A stretch of DNA of 64,000 nt from Clostridia bacterium (GCA_017623235.1 JAGAPN010000033.1:13725-77724), one strand, 5' to 3'; shown: positions 21,001 to 29,117, numbered from the stretch's first letter. Translations and numbers: made by a program. The notes: a model not told the origin generated them from the letters alone.

Positions 21001-21005
21001 AGTAA
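15009..21005 (+). CDS. Giant (~1998 aa) cell-surface modular protein: signal peptide, three LamG/concanavalin-like modules, an SGNH esterase domain, several jelly-roll (CBM4_9-like) modules and a C-terminal TM anchor
   Basis: I prefer the ATG at 15009 (MQKIISRLHL...LLLAVLVCFSTLAGA, RBS AAAGGAA) over the GTG at 14979. Repeated WLRA..F.R....P.GYYVQ modules. SGNH blocks at ~17120-17790 (FTGGSETTG, GVSSNDW, DTVHPNDAG). Repeated NL(I/L)xN(G/A)DFKxG..W module starts. TM anchor VGATVALFGGIALAVAAGAVVLVILLKKKKN at ~20917-20995. Confidence 0.75.
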   Translation: MQKIISRLHLSARKGLSLLLAVLVCFSTLAGALVFENSINVKAEDSETAVNAAPNTKVFSTTNFTQADFNANFTKWKNDGAVVNSNGTITLTANCSNTRDYAYMHNTKSLNQSARLTVGMNATQAGSLVLWLRANPFTRSNNEVAPIGYYVQVNFNGLGGISKTVVNKAYTSATTNYGISAIGEQATYIDSKSGSEYKDITVEATITYDTTAETNVINVKMYKGTTLMHSYSVEDNDPALMAAGTPGFALNSNGSQRSVTIKGFAYHTTDANVNKTVISKNSFVTSDLTNDFTYITNNTNISVADGVLVANGVGKSNVRDASIFTKSEYLNGTVKSAAITPHILSGGTVTTRYKQASVIWLRASSFTRPNNEIVPIGYFVQVYFNENTNFAEVKLMKQGLNAEGTNIVGATAIGDVSVNKDMLASNGSKFWDVGIEADIATENGETSITVRVYKSTNLLGTITATDDEAVLQKQGKAGFAGQNATAASKFSYLTVTSAEKVAGAYVLEDSAKVGAMFGQALLLEKDATYQFSVMADGNFDTEPLAVIYQTASGNNRVEFGPSKTGVVADTTYKKYTYTFTMPSDAKELNSYRVYAFVGSYMNDATKNGIKFTNFELRKVEGTSVGGNLIVNGDFKYGGYAWSDNIFDQANIWNLATSDYDAHTFVKGRYKYYKDTNSDNFWNMFMYDTAPPVILPDLDNTYYKLNVEKKLNVTFTGGSETTGHGASDPETTSWRGLITQWLKDTYPQATISAENAAIGSTGTQLTLYNYDKIGHATDLLLLGVSSNDWSLYGQAQNGSENPDKDSIYDFALRHGESLIRYAITKNPNVDIALVYFFDFWRIEDQTYLKAYSELAEKYNLPVIDMRVPLKAHVLADGGTWSADGLKLYSEAYNSTKAVYMDTVHPNDAGYALFANYAKTQLQGWLNPATAPTALKNHTLPNDTLATKLVTTPKLATANNIATAEGWSLENVGFSTIGSTKFSGSYGPSTGRLVSTTVGATLSYTFTGTDFGMFLQTGPSYGKLYVEIDGVPYKQGANAAGDGIIDLKRGGDSHLTKVVMYKAENKEHKITIKLQEGKAIIGAFFLNAEDLPAAGGGTLNFTRPTVNEVSSNLNYQLKPNYSDLASNNKWQASNKITVGADKLTLKAYGNTYENISLYGEAHTDQVVSLDFKHESTAITPIVWARALQGTAGAGATTSGYYAAFCGYGTGGIALYKRVDGVDTLIGAMGAHTDSRTFRVEIAVEGTNPTKITVSTYKLASGLTEGDWNMMTTRTVYDNTTELQNAGYAGFSVKDSATTDNKDTATVYRFNYASTDGTADSLTYIEKPATVNKNVLAGQKVILDPAKTYTLSARVSEDNARFAMRYQASSGLINVSDCVGEISVVDGYRTVSYTFCLNDWAEENNQALPAKPWDYGNFAEVLIGFIPSSGNTFRYSNLTLTEAGSTNNLIANDQYKMGTLIWADSITGKWAFKTTEFGATDTFYKYLTVKTGVSQTDYDAIFKSAGEQADIDYSKIDKLMLHLTGKSSEKFGKFGQMFDLKPGDTFVYSVDFGYVARNSAEPIAFYHLEKDITASDKTRKTITWLTKREGSKMTYTFTIPEGAYVDETTGLAKIFVGLTTGDLGADCYFANFNLYNTADKAKTNLFENADFKDGGFKSWIINYNYYLTSNNKALEQDRVAAEQWIRPGKDFELLAYDASKLSQDDGTLKLPDVPDGVDYSTYKGKFMLHIPETVTSTYGKIGQVVNLKKNTTYNFTMLYKYLRQNTVQPTVLYFLDDPYASDQYIKDKGFVTATGNADRTKYITEIRKVASFDLVYDTDNCMANVTFKVPSNAHFYADGTSPVFVAISSGEYEPIVYYADICLAEEGSDKNLLTNADFKDGFYKWIVTFGYGLDPVAEKGIFWTNGFTIAQLLPFDESIFVNDTNDRLWNDGDWAAAFGADDKANSDKDDDNAVSADKEKVIIPGKLNVGATVALFGGIALAVAAGAVVLVILLKKKKNAQ

Positions 21006-21019
21006 AGCAAGCTGAATGA

Positions 21020-21044
21020 CCTGCGGCAGGTCTCCTGCCGCAGG
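21020..21044 (+). promoter_or_regulatory. Intercistronic stem-loop: perfect 11-bp stem with a 3-nt loop
   Basis: CCTGCGGCAGG tct CCTGCCGCAGG, 15 nt after the stop of the giant gene and 24 nt before the next permease start. No U-tract follows, so it is more likely an mRNA processing or stability element than a full terminator. Confidence 0.4.
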
Positions 21045-21067
21045 ATAAAAAGAAAGGAGGACTCGGT

Positions 21068-22009
21068 TTGAAAAATGCAAAAAGCCGCGCAGCAAGTATT
21101 TTAGGTAATATCGCGCGGTATGTGTTCCTTTTGGCGTTCAGCTATATACTGCTGTATCCGCTTATCTTTATGATTTCCAACTCTCTTAAGAGCCCTGCGG
21201 ATTTCTACGACCCCACCGTCGAGTGGGTGCCTAAAAATGCAGTAACAACAAATCTGCAGCTTGCCATTCAGGCTATGGATTTCGGCGGTGCTATAAAAAA
21301 TACCTTCCTTTATGAAATGGTAGCCGCCCTTTTGGAAATCGTTTCCTGTGCCGTTGCGGCATACGGCCTTGCCCGTTTTAAATTCAAGGGCAAAAACCTG
21401 CTTAATGCGGTTATGCTGCTGACCATTCTGGTCCCCACAACCATGATAATTATCCCCAGCTATATTAACTTCCGTTATCTTGATATTTTCGGTATTCTGG
21501 GTCTTATAGGTAAGCTTACAGGCTCCGAACTGCGACTTAACGTGCTTAATACAGGCTGGGTAATGTGGTTACCCTCACTCTTCGCAGTAGGTCTTAAGGG
21601 CGGTCTGTTTATATACATATATAAGCAGTTCTTCCAGGGACTGCCCAAGGAGTTTGAGGAAGCCGCCTGGATAGACGGCGCAGGCCCCATAAAAACCTTC
21701 TTAAAGGTTATAGTGCCTGCCTCCACCGTTCCCATTATCACCGTTACTATGTTTGCGGTGGTGTGGCATTGGAACGACTATTATCTGGCACAGATGTATC
21801 TGTCCAGCAACTTCCCCGTAAGCGTACAGCTTGCAAATATCGAGTCACTACTGGGCAGCGCGCTTCACGGTACAGAAATGACCCAGACTGTTACGGCTCC
21901 CGTAATAATGGCGGGATGCTTGCTTACAGTAACACCCCTTATAATTTTCTATATAGTTTTACAACGCCGTTTTATCGCATCTATTGCCAACAGCGGTATT
22001 GTAGGCTAG
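21068..22009 (+). CDS. Carbohydrate ABC transporter permease (MalG-like)
   Basis: TTG start 7 nt after AAAGGAGG. EAA loop EFEEAAWIDGAGPIKTFLKVIVPAS. Six TM segments. Confidence 0.85.
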   Translation: MKNAKSRAASILGNIARYVFLLAFSYILLYPLIFMISNSLKSPADFYDPTVEWVPKNAVTTNLQLAIQAMDFGGAIKNTFLYEMVAALLEIVSCAVAAYGLARFKFKGKNLLNAVMLLTILVPTTMIIIPSYINFRYLDIFGILGLIGKLTGSELRLNVLNTGWVMWLPSLFAVGLKGGLFIYIYKQFFQGLPKEFEEAAWIDGAGPIKTFLKVIVPASTVPIITVTMFAVVWHWNDYYLAQMYLSSNFPVSVQLANIESLLGSALHGTEMTQTVTAPVIMAGCLLTVTPLIIFYIVLQRRFIASIANSGIVG

Positions 22010-22285
22010 AGCCAAAGCAATTAAACCCGAACCCGCCCCAAAGGGTGGAATTTAGGCGCTTTTTGGCTTTTCGTCTTTGTAAGGCGACAGCCTTACTGCA
22101 TCCTCAGCACCAAAAAATCTCACAAAATTCCGCTCCTTTGGGGTCAAAGAATTTTGTAGCTGACGAATTTTTAGGCGCTTGAGGCAAAAACGCAGCAAAT
22201 ACTTTGTGTATTTGCGAGTATTTTAAACTTACAAAGCAGAAAAATTCGTGCTCCAAAATCGGGCACGGGTCTGAATGCTTTGGCT
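22010..22285 (+). repeat. Highly structured ~276-nt intergenic element made of nested inverted repeats (REP/MITE-like, or a structured mRNA segment)
   Basis: Outer perfect 10-bp pairing AGCCAAAGCA (22010-22019) with TGCTTTGGCT (22276-22285). Inner pairings are 22036-22044/22135-22143 (9 bp), 22079-22085/22090-22096 (7 bp), 22164-22172/22240-22248 (9 bp) and 22195-22202/22208-22215 (8 bp). An 11-nt direct repeat TTTAGGCGCTT occurs at 22051 and 22170. Confidence 0.55.
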
Positions 22286-22300
22286 AAAGGAGGATAATTT

Positions 22301-23665
22301 ATGAAAACCAAAGCTATTAAGCTTCTCGCACTCCTTGCAGCAGCCGTAATGGTATTCACCCTGGCAGGCTGTGGCGGTGGCGGCAGCAGCTCTACCCCCG
22401 ATTCTTCCGATACCGGAAATGCGGGTGGAGAAAAGGGCGGCTACAAGACCTGGGAAGAAATTAAAGCCACCATTCCTGCCGATGCCAAGGGCAAAACTAT
22501 TGAGTTTTTCACCTGGAACTACGTTACCGACGTAACCGGCGCTCCCGAGGTTGTTGAAAACTTCGAAAAAGAAACAGGAATAAAAATCAACTTTAACGCC
22601 ACGGGCGGTACAGTTGATGATTATATGACCAAAATTGTAGCCCGTGTGGCTTCACAGGATTCTCCTGACATCGTTCGTCTTCGTGGCGCAGAGCTTAGCG
22701 TTCTCCAGGTACTACAGGACCTTAACTCTATGGATTACGATTTCTCCGATGAGGCCTGGGATACCCGCATCAGTGGTGTTTACACCTACGGCGGCAAAAC
22801 CTATGCTACTACAATGCGTAATACCCTTCTCCACCAGCCCCGTGTAATGATCTATAACAAGAACCTCATCAGTAAGTATGACCTTGAAGATCCCTACACC
22901 CTCTGGAAGCAGGGTAAATGGACCTGGGATAAGTTTAAGGAAATCTGCCAGATTTATAACGACGAAACCGAGGATTCCTGCTATGCCTGGACCTCCTACC
23001 GTTGGGCAGAATGTCCCGATGCCTTAGGCTCTGCTATGATTAAGCGTGAGGGAGATACCTTCGTATCCAACGTTAACGATGCTAATCTCTTAAGAGGCTG
23101 GCAGTATATGACCGAGCTTCGTGTTGAGGGAATCACCAATAACATTCGTTTCGACCGCACAAACTTCGAAAACAATAAGGTGCTCTTCTTCACAGAATCT
23201 CCCATCGGAGTACGCCGTACCCATTACTACTTCAAGAACCTCAAGGCTGCAGGCGCCGTTGCAATGGTTCCCGTTCCCACCTTTGAGGGCGGACTCGACG
23301 ACGATACCGTAATCCTCAGTGAGGTTGAAGCCTACGGTATTCCCCAGGGCGCACCCTCCGGCTCTTTAGCGCCCTACTTTATGCGTTATTATCTTGACGC
23401 AGAAAATTACGATGAAAAGACCTTCTTTGCTGACCCCACAATGCTTGACGTATACAAGACCATAATGGCCTGTGAAAAGGTATTCGTAAACTATGATACA
23501 GCCCTCATTACCGAGGACGTCGGAAAGGGCGGTATCCACGTAAATGCAGCTATTGTTAATGCAATGCCTGCAAACGTTAAGACTAAGCTGGACGAAAATG
23601 CAAACCTCGTTGAGGCCGCTGTTAAAAATGCAAACGGTATCATCGAAGGCAAGCTGGGCAAATAA
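22301..23665 (+). CDS. ABC transporter substrate-binding lipoprotein (family 1, sugar type)
   Basis: Lipobox FTLAGCGGGGSSS. AAAGGAGG RBS. A close paralog lies at 57627..58967, sharing blocks such as IPADAKGKTIE, KIVARVASQDSPDIVRL and EAYGIPQGAPSGSLAP. Confidence 0.8.
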   Translation: MKTKAIKLLALLAAAVMVFTLAGCGGGGSSSTPDSSDTGNAGGEKGGYKTWEEIKATIPADAKGKTIEFFTWNYVTDVTGAPEVVENFEKETGIKINFNATGGTVDDYMTKIVARVASQDSPDIVRLRGAELSVLQVLQDLNSMDYDFSDEAWDTRISGVYTYGGKTYATTMRNTLLHQPRVMIYNKNLISKYDLEDPYTLWKQGKWTWDKFKEICQIYNDETEDSCYAWTSYRWAECPDALGSAMIKREGDTFVSNVNDANLLRGWQYMTELRVEGITNNIRFDRTNFENNKVLFFTESPIGVRRTHYYFKNLKAAGAVAMVPVPTFEGGLDDDTVILSEVEAYGIPQGAPSGSLAPYFMRYYLDAENYDEKTFFADPTMLDVYKTIMACEKVFVNYDTALITEDVGKGGIHVNAAIVNAMPANVKTKLDENANLVEAAVKNANGIIEGKLGK

Positions 23666-23679
23666 AAGGAGGAAATAAT

Positions 23680-25215
23680 ATGCGTAAATTAGCTTTTACC
23701 CTTATAGCAGCCCTTCTTTGTATGAATATGCTCTGCTCCTGTTACTACCCCGATACCGAAAGCTGGGTAGATAAAACCGATGACGGTGACGGCAAAAAGC
23801 CTGCTGTAGATATTATGGCAGGGGAGATAATTCCCGAGGGCAACACCGCCATTATTATGGATGACGTTAAAGGTAAATCCGATCCCGAGGCCGAGGCTAT
23901 GCGTAAGGATATTCTTGAGGCCAAGGATGAGTTGGAAATAAAGGGCAAGACCTACTACGTTTCGGCTAAAAACGGTAACGATGAAAACAACGGTACCTCA
24001 CCCGAAACTGCGTGGCAGACCTTAGATGCCCTTGCCACCAACGCCTGGCAGTTTACCCCCGGCGATGCCGTGCTTTTAGAGCGTGGCAGTATCTTCCGCC
24101 CCACCTCACAGGTATTCTGTAAGGAGGGCGTAACCTACGGTGCTTACGGCGAAGGCAACAAGCCTGTTATCTACGGCTCGGTTGAAAACTATGCAAAGCC
24201 CGGTTATTGGGAGCCCTCCTCCAAGAAGAACGTATGGAAGCTGGACCTTCCCCTTGAGGACGCAGGTATAATCGTCTTCAACCACGGCGAGGCCGTTGGT
24301 GTTAAGCAGGGCGGACTTATGTCTGTTACAAAGAACTTTGATTTTTATCACAATACCGCTGATAATATCCTGTACCTCTATCTTGATACGGGTCGTCCTA
24401 ATCAGGTTTATGATGATATCGAAATCGGCGTTAAGCGTGCTATCTTCACCCTTAATACCGGTATCGACGACATTACCATCGATAACATTTGTATGAAGTA
24501 CACAGGTACCTTCGGCGTGCAGGCTATTGGTTTCCACGACAATATAAAGGTTACCAACTGTGAAATCGGCTGGATCGGCGGCTCCTATCAGACCGAGGGT
24601 CTGACCGGCCGTTACGGCAACGGCATCCAGTTCTGGGATGATGCCTCCAACACCATAGTTGATAAGTGCTGGATCTACCAGGTTTACGATACAGGCATTA
24701 CCTGGCAGGGAAGCTACTATGCTAACTACGATAACGTTCAGTTTACCAATAACCTTATTGAGTACTGCACAATGAGCATCGAGTTCTGGGATCAGGCCGT
24801 TCCCCTTAATGCAAGCAAGCCCCAGGGTGAGATAAAGAACATTCTTATCTCGGGCAACATTTGCCGCTTCGCAGGCTACGGCTGGGGCAAACAGCGTTAC
24901 AACCCCTCTCAGACCGCCCACATTCAGGGTAGCTCTGAATACAGATATGACGTAGACAGCCTCGAAATTTCAAATAATATCTTTGATAAAACCACCCATT
25001 CTATAATTTACTGGGGTCCCTTAAACGGCGACGCCAAGTATAAGGATAACGACATTGTTGTTAAGAATAATACCTACTACCAGGGTAAATCCTTGGCTGA
25101 CGGTATTATGTCCCTGCCCGGCTATGGCTGGCAGAAGGCGGCCAATGCATCCGAGCTTAACGCCGCAATCAAGGTTATTGATAAGTCACCCAAGGCTATC
25201 GAGTGGGTAGATTAA
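23680..25215 (+). CDS. Right-handed parallel beta-helix lipoprotein (pectate-lyase-fold; candidate polysaccharide lyase or hydrolase)
   Basis: Lipobox-like LCMNMLCSCYY. YYVSAKNGNDENNGTSPETAWQTLDAL entry motif. Repeated beta-helix rungs (NCEIGWIGG, KCWIYQVYDTGITWQ, NNLIEYCTMSIEF). Paralogous to 27667..29112 and 29235..30725. Confidence 0.7.
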   Translation: MRKLAFTLIAALLCMNMLCSCYYPDTESWVDKTDDGDGKKPAVDIMAGEIIPEGNTAIIMDDVKGKSDPEAEAMRKDILEAKDELEIKGKTYYVSAKNGNDENNGTSPETAWQTLDALATNAWQFTPGDAVLLERGSIFRPTSQVFCKEGVTYGAYGEGNKPVIYGSVENYAKPGYWEPSSKKNVWKLDLPLEDAGIIVFNHGEAVGVKQGGLMSVTKNFDFYHNTADNILYLYLDTGRPNQVYDDIEIGVKRAIFTLNTGIDDITIDNICMKYTGTFGVQAIGFHDNIKVTNCEIGWIGGSYQTEGLTGRYGNGIQFWDDASNTIVDKCWIYQVYDTGITWQGSYYANYDNVQFTNNLIEYCTMSIEFWDQAVPLNASKPQGEIKNILISGNICRFAGYGWGKQRYNPSQTAHIQGSSEYRYDVDSLEISNNIFDKTTHSIIYWGPLNGDAKYKDNDIVVKNNTYYQGKSLADGIMSLPGYGWQKAANASELNAAIKVIDKSPKAIEWVD

Positions 25216-25226
25216 AAATTAAATAA

Positions 25227-25248
25227 GGCTGACCCCTCGGGGTCAGCC
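25227..25248 (+). terminator. Stem-loop terminator candidate after the beta-helix lipoprotein gene
   Basis: GGCTGACCCC tc GGGGTCAGCC, a 10-bp GC-rich inverted repeat 12 nt after the stop. Followed by an A/T-rich stretch but no clean U-run. Confidence 0.5.
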
Positions 25249-25279
25249 TGCAAATAAAATAATAATGGAGGCAAATAAA

Positions 25280-27583
25280 ATGAAACTATCATTTTCAAAA
25301 GGCAAAAAGCTCATAGCACTTGCGCTTGTCTCAGCACTTCTCCTGTCAGCCCTCCCGCTGACCCTCTTCGCCTCGGCAGCCGGCTCTGATACAGCTGTTA
25401 CTACGGCACCTAATACCCAGGTGTTTGGAACGGATTCCTTTAATGATGTGCATTTTAAAGAGAATTTTACCGCTTGGTCTAATAACACCAAATCAAGCAT
25501 AGCAGACGGCGTGTTAACAATAACTGCGGCTTCTGGAGATAATGCCAGAAATTCTGCTCAATTCTCCAATGTAAAATCATTAAATCAAGGTATTAGAGCA
25601 TCCTTTAAAAGCACCAAGAGCGACGGTGTTACTGCTGAAACAGATAACGCCATTATTTGGTTGAGATCAAATACCTTTGATCGTGGTGAATCTTTCTCGG
25701 AAAGATATGTTCCTTCGGGATATTATGTACAGGCAAATATGTCGGCCAGTGGATGTGCTGTTACAATAAAAAAAGCCTGGACAAACGAATCAGGCCAATA
25801 CAGTATTACCACCATAGCACAGGTTGGAAATGTGACCTTTGTTGCCGGCCAGGATTACACAATTGATGCATCGGCTATTGAGGATGCAAAAACAGGAAAA
25901 ACCGTTATAAATGTAATGGTTTATCGTAACGCATTACTGCTCAACAGCATTTCAATAGAAGATGATGTTGAAGGACTTCAGGTGGCAGGTTCTGTTGGTG
26001 TTTCTGCAGGATATGATGGTACTACTGCAGGCAGTGGTGTCTGCTTTACAGAACTTAAATATCACACCACAGACAATGATATAGCAAAGGTTGCTTTTGA
26101 AACCAACAATTTTGCAGATAGCGACTTTTCACAGTATTGGACCACAATAAACGGTAATACAGGAAAGGTATCTGTTGCTGATGGTGAAGCAACAATTGTG
26201 GGTGCCAACAATACTCGTGCAAACGCTCAGTTTTTGCAGAAAACCAGCCTTAATCAAGAAATAAGTACACTTATTAAAAATCCTCACATTTATACTCCCG
26301 CTGACGGTGAAACGGCTGCAACTAAAACCCTGAAGAATGCGGATGCTGTAATCTGGCTCAGAGCAAGCAGTTATACACGTACTGTTGGTTCTACCGAAAA
26401 AGTTCCTTTGGGATATTATGTGCTTGTGGATTTTAGTGATGGAAGTTCTAGCGTGCAGATAAAAGTTTACAAGCTTACCAGATTATACGACAGTACAACT
26501 GCTTGTATACAAACAGTAACGCTTACTTCAGAAGTTGCAGGCCAGGCAGATAAGTCTATAAGTTTTGATTCCTGGAGCAATACAGCCAATTACTGCGATG
26601 TGAAGATTGATGCAAGTATTAAGGAAACATCTGAGGGTACCGTTATTGAGGTTAAGCCTTGGAAGGTGCCTTCTACTGGCTCTCCATACAATCCCGGTAC
26701 CATAGTTTGTGTTGATAATGATGCAGACCTTAAGAAAACTGGTGCAGCTGGCTTATCTGCTCAATCGGGAGATATAACATTTAAGTCTTTCAAGGTTGCC
26801 ACCGAGAACGAAGCTAGTCTTGGTTATGTTACCGAGAAGACCGCTAAGAGTGACGGTACATTCTTCGGTCAGGCACTGGCCGTAGAAAATGGAGCTACTT
26901 ATCAGCTTTCAGTAATTTCCGATACAGGCTTTGCTAATGAACCTTTGGCCGTAGCATACGGCAGTAAGAGACTTGAGTTTACCGAGAATACCGAGGGTGT
27001 TATTGTAGACAGTAAGTACAAAAAGTATACCTTTACCTTTAGCATTACTGATGGTACTACCGTTAACACAATGTATGATAAGGTTTCGGGAACACAGGTG
27101 AATCTTGTACCCGTAATGGTTGGTTATACTATGATAAATAGTGCTGTAAATAATCATACCTATACTCATTTTGAACTCAGAAAAATTACCGACGGCGTAG
27201 CGGGTGCTAACCTTATCTTTAACGGTGATTTCAAGATGGGTCTTTGGGGCTGGACAGACGGAGCAAAGGATCCCAGTGTAACAGTTGGTAAAGGCTCCTT
27301 CAAGGCTCCCGATAGTGTAGATGTTGCAGCAAACTATAATCGTTTGGCCTTCCATCGTGATGAAAACCAGTACAACTACTGGAGCAACTTTGTTGCTGAT
27401 GATTTCACCGCAGGTGACGTAAACACCGCCGAGGGTGTTGATATTTGTGACCTCGTATATCTCACAAATATGTCAGCCTATGATATTTATGCAGATATGA
27501 ACTGTGACGGTGATATAACCGTAGATGACGAAACTCTGCTCAGAACGACCGTTCTTAATGCTGTTGTAGATCAGGGAAACTGA
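25280..27583 (+). CDS. Secreted modular protein: two LamG-like modules, a jelly-roll module and a C-terminal dockerin
   Basis: I prefer the ATG at 25280 (MKLSFSKGKKLIALALVSALLL..., RBS GGAGG) over 25265. Paralogous to the N-terminal third of the giant protein (IIWLRSNTFDRG...SGYYVQ, VIWLRASSYTRT...LGYYVLV, ANLIFNGDFKMGLWGWTD). Dockerin Ca-loops DVNTAEGVDICD and DMNCDGDITVDD at ~27400-27560. Confidence 0.75.
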   Translation: MKLSFSKGKKLIALALVSALLLSALPLTLFASAAGSDTAVTTAPNTQVFGTDSFNDVHFKENFTAWSNNTKSSIADGVLTITAASGDNARNSAQFSNVKSLNQGIRASFKSTKSDGVTAETDNAIIWLRSNTFDRGESFSERYVPSGYYVQANMSASGCAVTIKKAWTNESGQYSITTIAQVGNVTFVAGQDYTIDASAIEDAKTGKTVINVMVYRNALLLNSISIEDDVEGLQVAGSVGVSAGYDGTTAGSGVCFTELKYHTTDNDIAKVAFETNNFADSDFSQYWTTINGNTGKVSVADGEATIVGANNTRANAQFLQKTSLNQEISTLIKNPHIYTPADGETAATKTLKNADAVIWLRASSYTRTVGSTEKVPLGYYVLVDFSDGSSSVQIKVYKLTRLYDSTTACIQTVTLTSEVAGQADKSISFDSWSNTANYCDVKIDASIKETSEGTVIEVKPWKVPSTGSPYNPGTIVCVDNDADLKKTGAAGLSAQSGDITFKSFKVATENEASLGYVTEKTAKSDGTFFGQALAVENGATYQLSVISDTGFANEPLAVAYGSKRLEFTENTEGVIVDSKYKKYTFTFSITDGTTVNTMYDKVSGTQVNLVPVMVGYTMINSAVNNHTYTHFELRKITDGVAGANLIFNGDFKMGLWGWTDGAKDPSVTVGKGSFKAPDSVDVAANYNRLAFHRDENQYNYWSNFVADDFTAGDVNTAEGVDICDLVYLTNMSAYDIYADMNCDGDITVDDETLLRTTVLNAVVDQGN

Positions 27584-27666
27584 TAAAGCTGGGAACTGAA
27601 AAGGTTGCCGAGATAGATACCCTTGCCCTATCTAAGAGGGATAACATCCTGGCAACCTCTTCTGAG

Positions 27667-29112
27667 GTGAACACCTCGGGAGCGACTGTTTATTACGTTT
27701 CGGGCGACGGAAACGATGATAACGACGGAAGTGAGTCAAGTCCCTGGCAGACTATAGCCAAGGTGAATGAGGTTGTTGCCGCCAAGGCCGAGGACACTAA
27801 AATGGTCTTCTGCTTTAATCGTGGCGACACCTTCCGTGGTCAGCTCTCAGCAAAAAGTAACGTTACATATACCGCCTACGGTACAGGCGCCAAGCCCCTA
27901 ATTACCGTATCTCCGGAAAATGCGGCAAAGTCTTATCGCTGGCAACAGGTAGATGACGGTATATATATGTACGGCTTTAAAATTATGGACGTAGGCTCGG
28001 TATTCTTTAATGACGGACAGTCCTACGCCGCCAAGCGTTGCCCAGATATTACGGTAAACGGTGGAGTTTACTCGGCCGAATACGGTTACGAGGCCCTTGA
28101 GGATATGCAGTTTATCTGGATACCCGAAAGCCTTTCCACCGCTATAGGCCTTACCAATGCCAACGCCGAAAATATAAAAGGCTATCTTTATCTCCGCTGT
28201 GATAAGGGGAATCCGGGCGAAATTTTTGATAATATTGAGCTATCATTAAGACAATACGTTATTGCTCTTTCCTCTAACAGCTCAAATATTACCGTTGATA
28301 ACCTCGCCGTTAAATACGGTGGCGCCCACGGAATAGGCGGCTCTCATCAGTCTGACCTTTTGGTGCAAAACTGTGAGGTTGCTTACATTGGTGGCGGTAT
28401 TCAGCAATATAAGGCTTCCGAATTGACGGAAGACACATATATTCCTTGCCGCTATGGTAACGGCGTAGAGGTCAATGCTTCCTGTGACGGTTATACTGTG
28501 CAGAACTGCTGGGTACACGACGTATTTGATGCAGGCGTAACCCACCAGACAGGCACTAATCACGATGTACAGTATACCTTTAAGGATGTTACCTATAAAA
28601 ACAACCTTATTGAAAACTGTACCTATTCAGTTGAATATTTTGCCTATCGCGGCGCTACTACCAACGCCGATATGCTGCTGGACAATATTCTTATTGACGG
28701 TAATATTATGCGTAATGCCGGTGACGGCTTCGGTGTAACCCGCACCCTGCAGCCCTCTATGTGGAATATGGCTACCCATATTATGGGCTGGTACAGATCG
28801 CCTAACCTTTTGGTAGAGGGTAGCAGCTTTGTTATAAGCAACAACGTTTTCGACAGGGTAATATATACTCAGCCCTATTCAAGCGGCCCCAGAATAAACA
28901 GCTCTCTTATGATAATTGCCGCCGAGGATAAGGCCGACCTGCCCGAGCTAAAAGGTAATACCTACATTAACTATATAGGCAATGCCTTTGCCTATTACGG
29001 CGAAAATCTTGAGCTTATGACCGCCGCTGATATCAAGGCTTACACCGTAAGCAATTCTGCGGCGAAGCTTCTCGGTGATAGTGACGGCGAGATGTATTAT
29101 CTTAATAAATAA
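27667..29112 (+). CDS. Right-handed parallel beta-helix protein with no signal peptide (cytoplasmic paralog)
   Basis: VYYVSGDGNDDNDGSESSPWQTIAKV, NCEVAYIGGG, NCWVHDVFDAGVTHQ, NNLIENCTYSVEYF. GTG start with a poor RBS, so the start is uncertain. Confidence 0.65.
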   Translation: MNTSGATVYYVSGDGNDDNDGSESSPWQTIAKVNEVVAAKAEDTKMVFCFNRGDTFRGQLSAKSNVTYTAYGTGAKPLITVSPENAAKSYRWQQVDDGIYMYGFKIMDVGSVFFNDGQSYAAKRCPDITVNGGVYSAEYGYEALEDMQFIWIPESLSTAIGLTNANAENIKGYLYLRCDKGNPGEIFDNIELSLRQYVIALSSNSSNITVDNLAVKYGGAHGIGGSHQSDLLVQNCEVAYIGGGIQQYKASELTEDTYIPCRYGNGVEVNASCDGYTVQNCWVHDVFDAGVTHQTGTNHDVQYTFKDVTYKNNLIENCTYSVEYFAYRGATTNADMLLDNILIDGNIMRNAGDGFGVTRTLQPSMWNMATHIMGWYRSPNLLVEGSSFVISNNVFDRVIYTQPYSSGPRINSSLMIIAAEDKADLPELKGNTYINYIGNAFAYYGENLELMTAADIKAYTVSNSAAKLLGDSDGEMYYLNK

Positions 29113-29117
29113 AGTTT

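Noticed and set aside
21763-22182. A 139-aa + strand ORF running from inside the permease gene into the long intergenic region.
   Set aside because: It has no RBS and is out of frame with the permease for most of its length. The intergenic part coincides with the nested inverted repeats, which explain the sequence better as structure than as coding.
22010-22285. Calling the structured intergenic element a mobile element (MITE).
   Set aside because: Only one copy is visible in 64 kb. I could recognise no target-site duplication, and no transposase is nearby. It is kept as a structured repeat element of unknown nature.
23969-23977. Extra copies of the 9-mer AAAACGGTA inside coding regions, here and at 39082-39090.
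   Set aside because: These are single, unphased copies embedded in ORFs and lacking the extended 15-16-mer context. I treat them as chance occurrences. The operator proposal rests on the longer identical strings and the 21-bp phasing.
27583-27666. The frame of the 27667 beta-helix gene stays open back to 27559. The upstream translation (KLGTEKVAEIDTLALSKRDNILATSSE) vaguely resembles the N-terminus of the 29235 paralog, hinting at a longer protein, a non-canonical start or a decayed start codon.
   Set aside because: By-eye end-justified alignment gives only about 6 identities in 31 residues. There is no ATG, GTG or TTG in that stretch. A GGTTGCC/GGCAACC inverted repeat also lies there. The evidence is too weak, so I kept the GTG at 27667 and flagged the start as uncertain.
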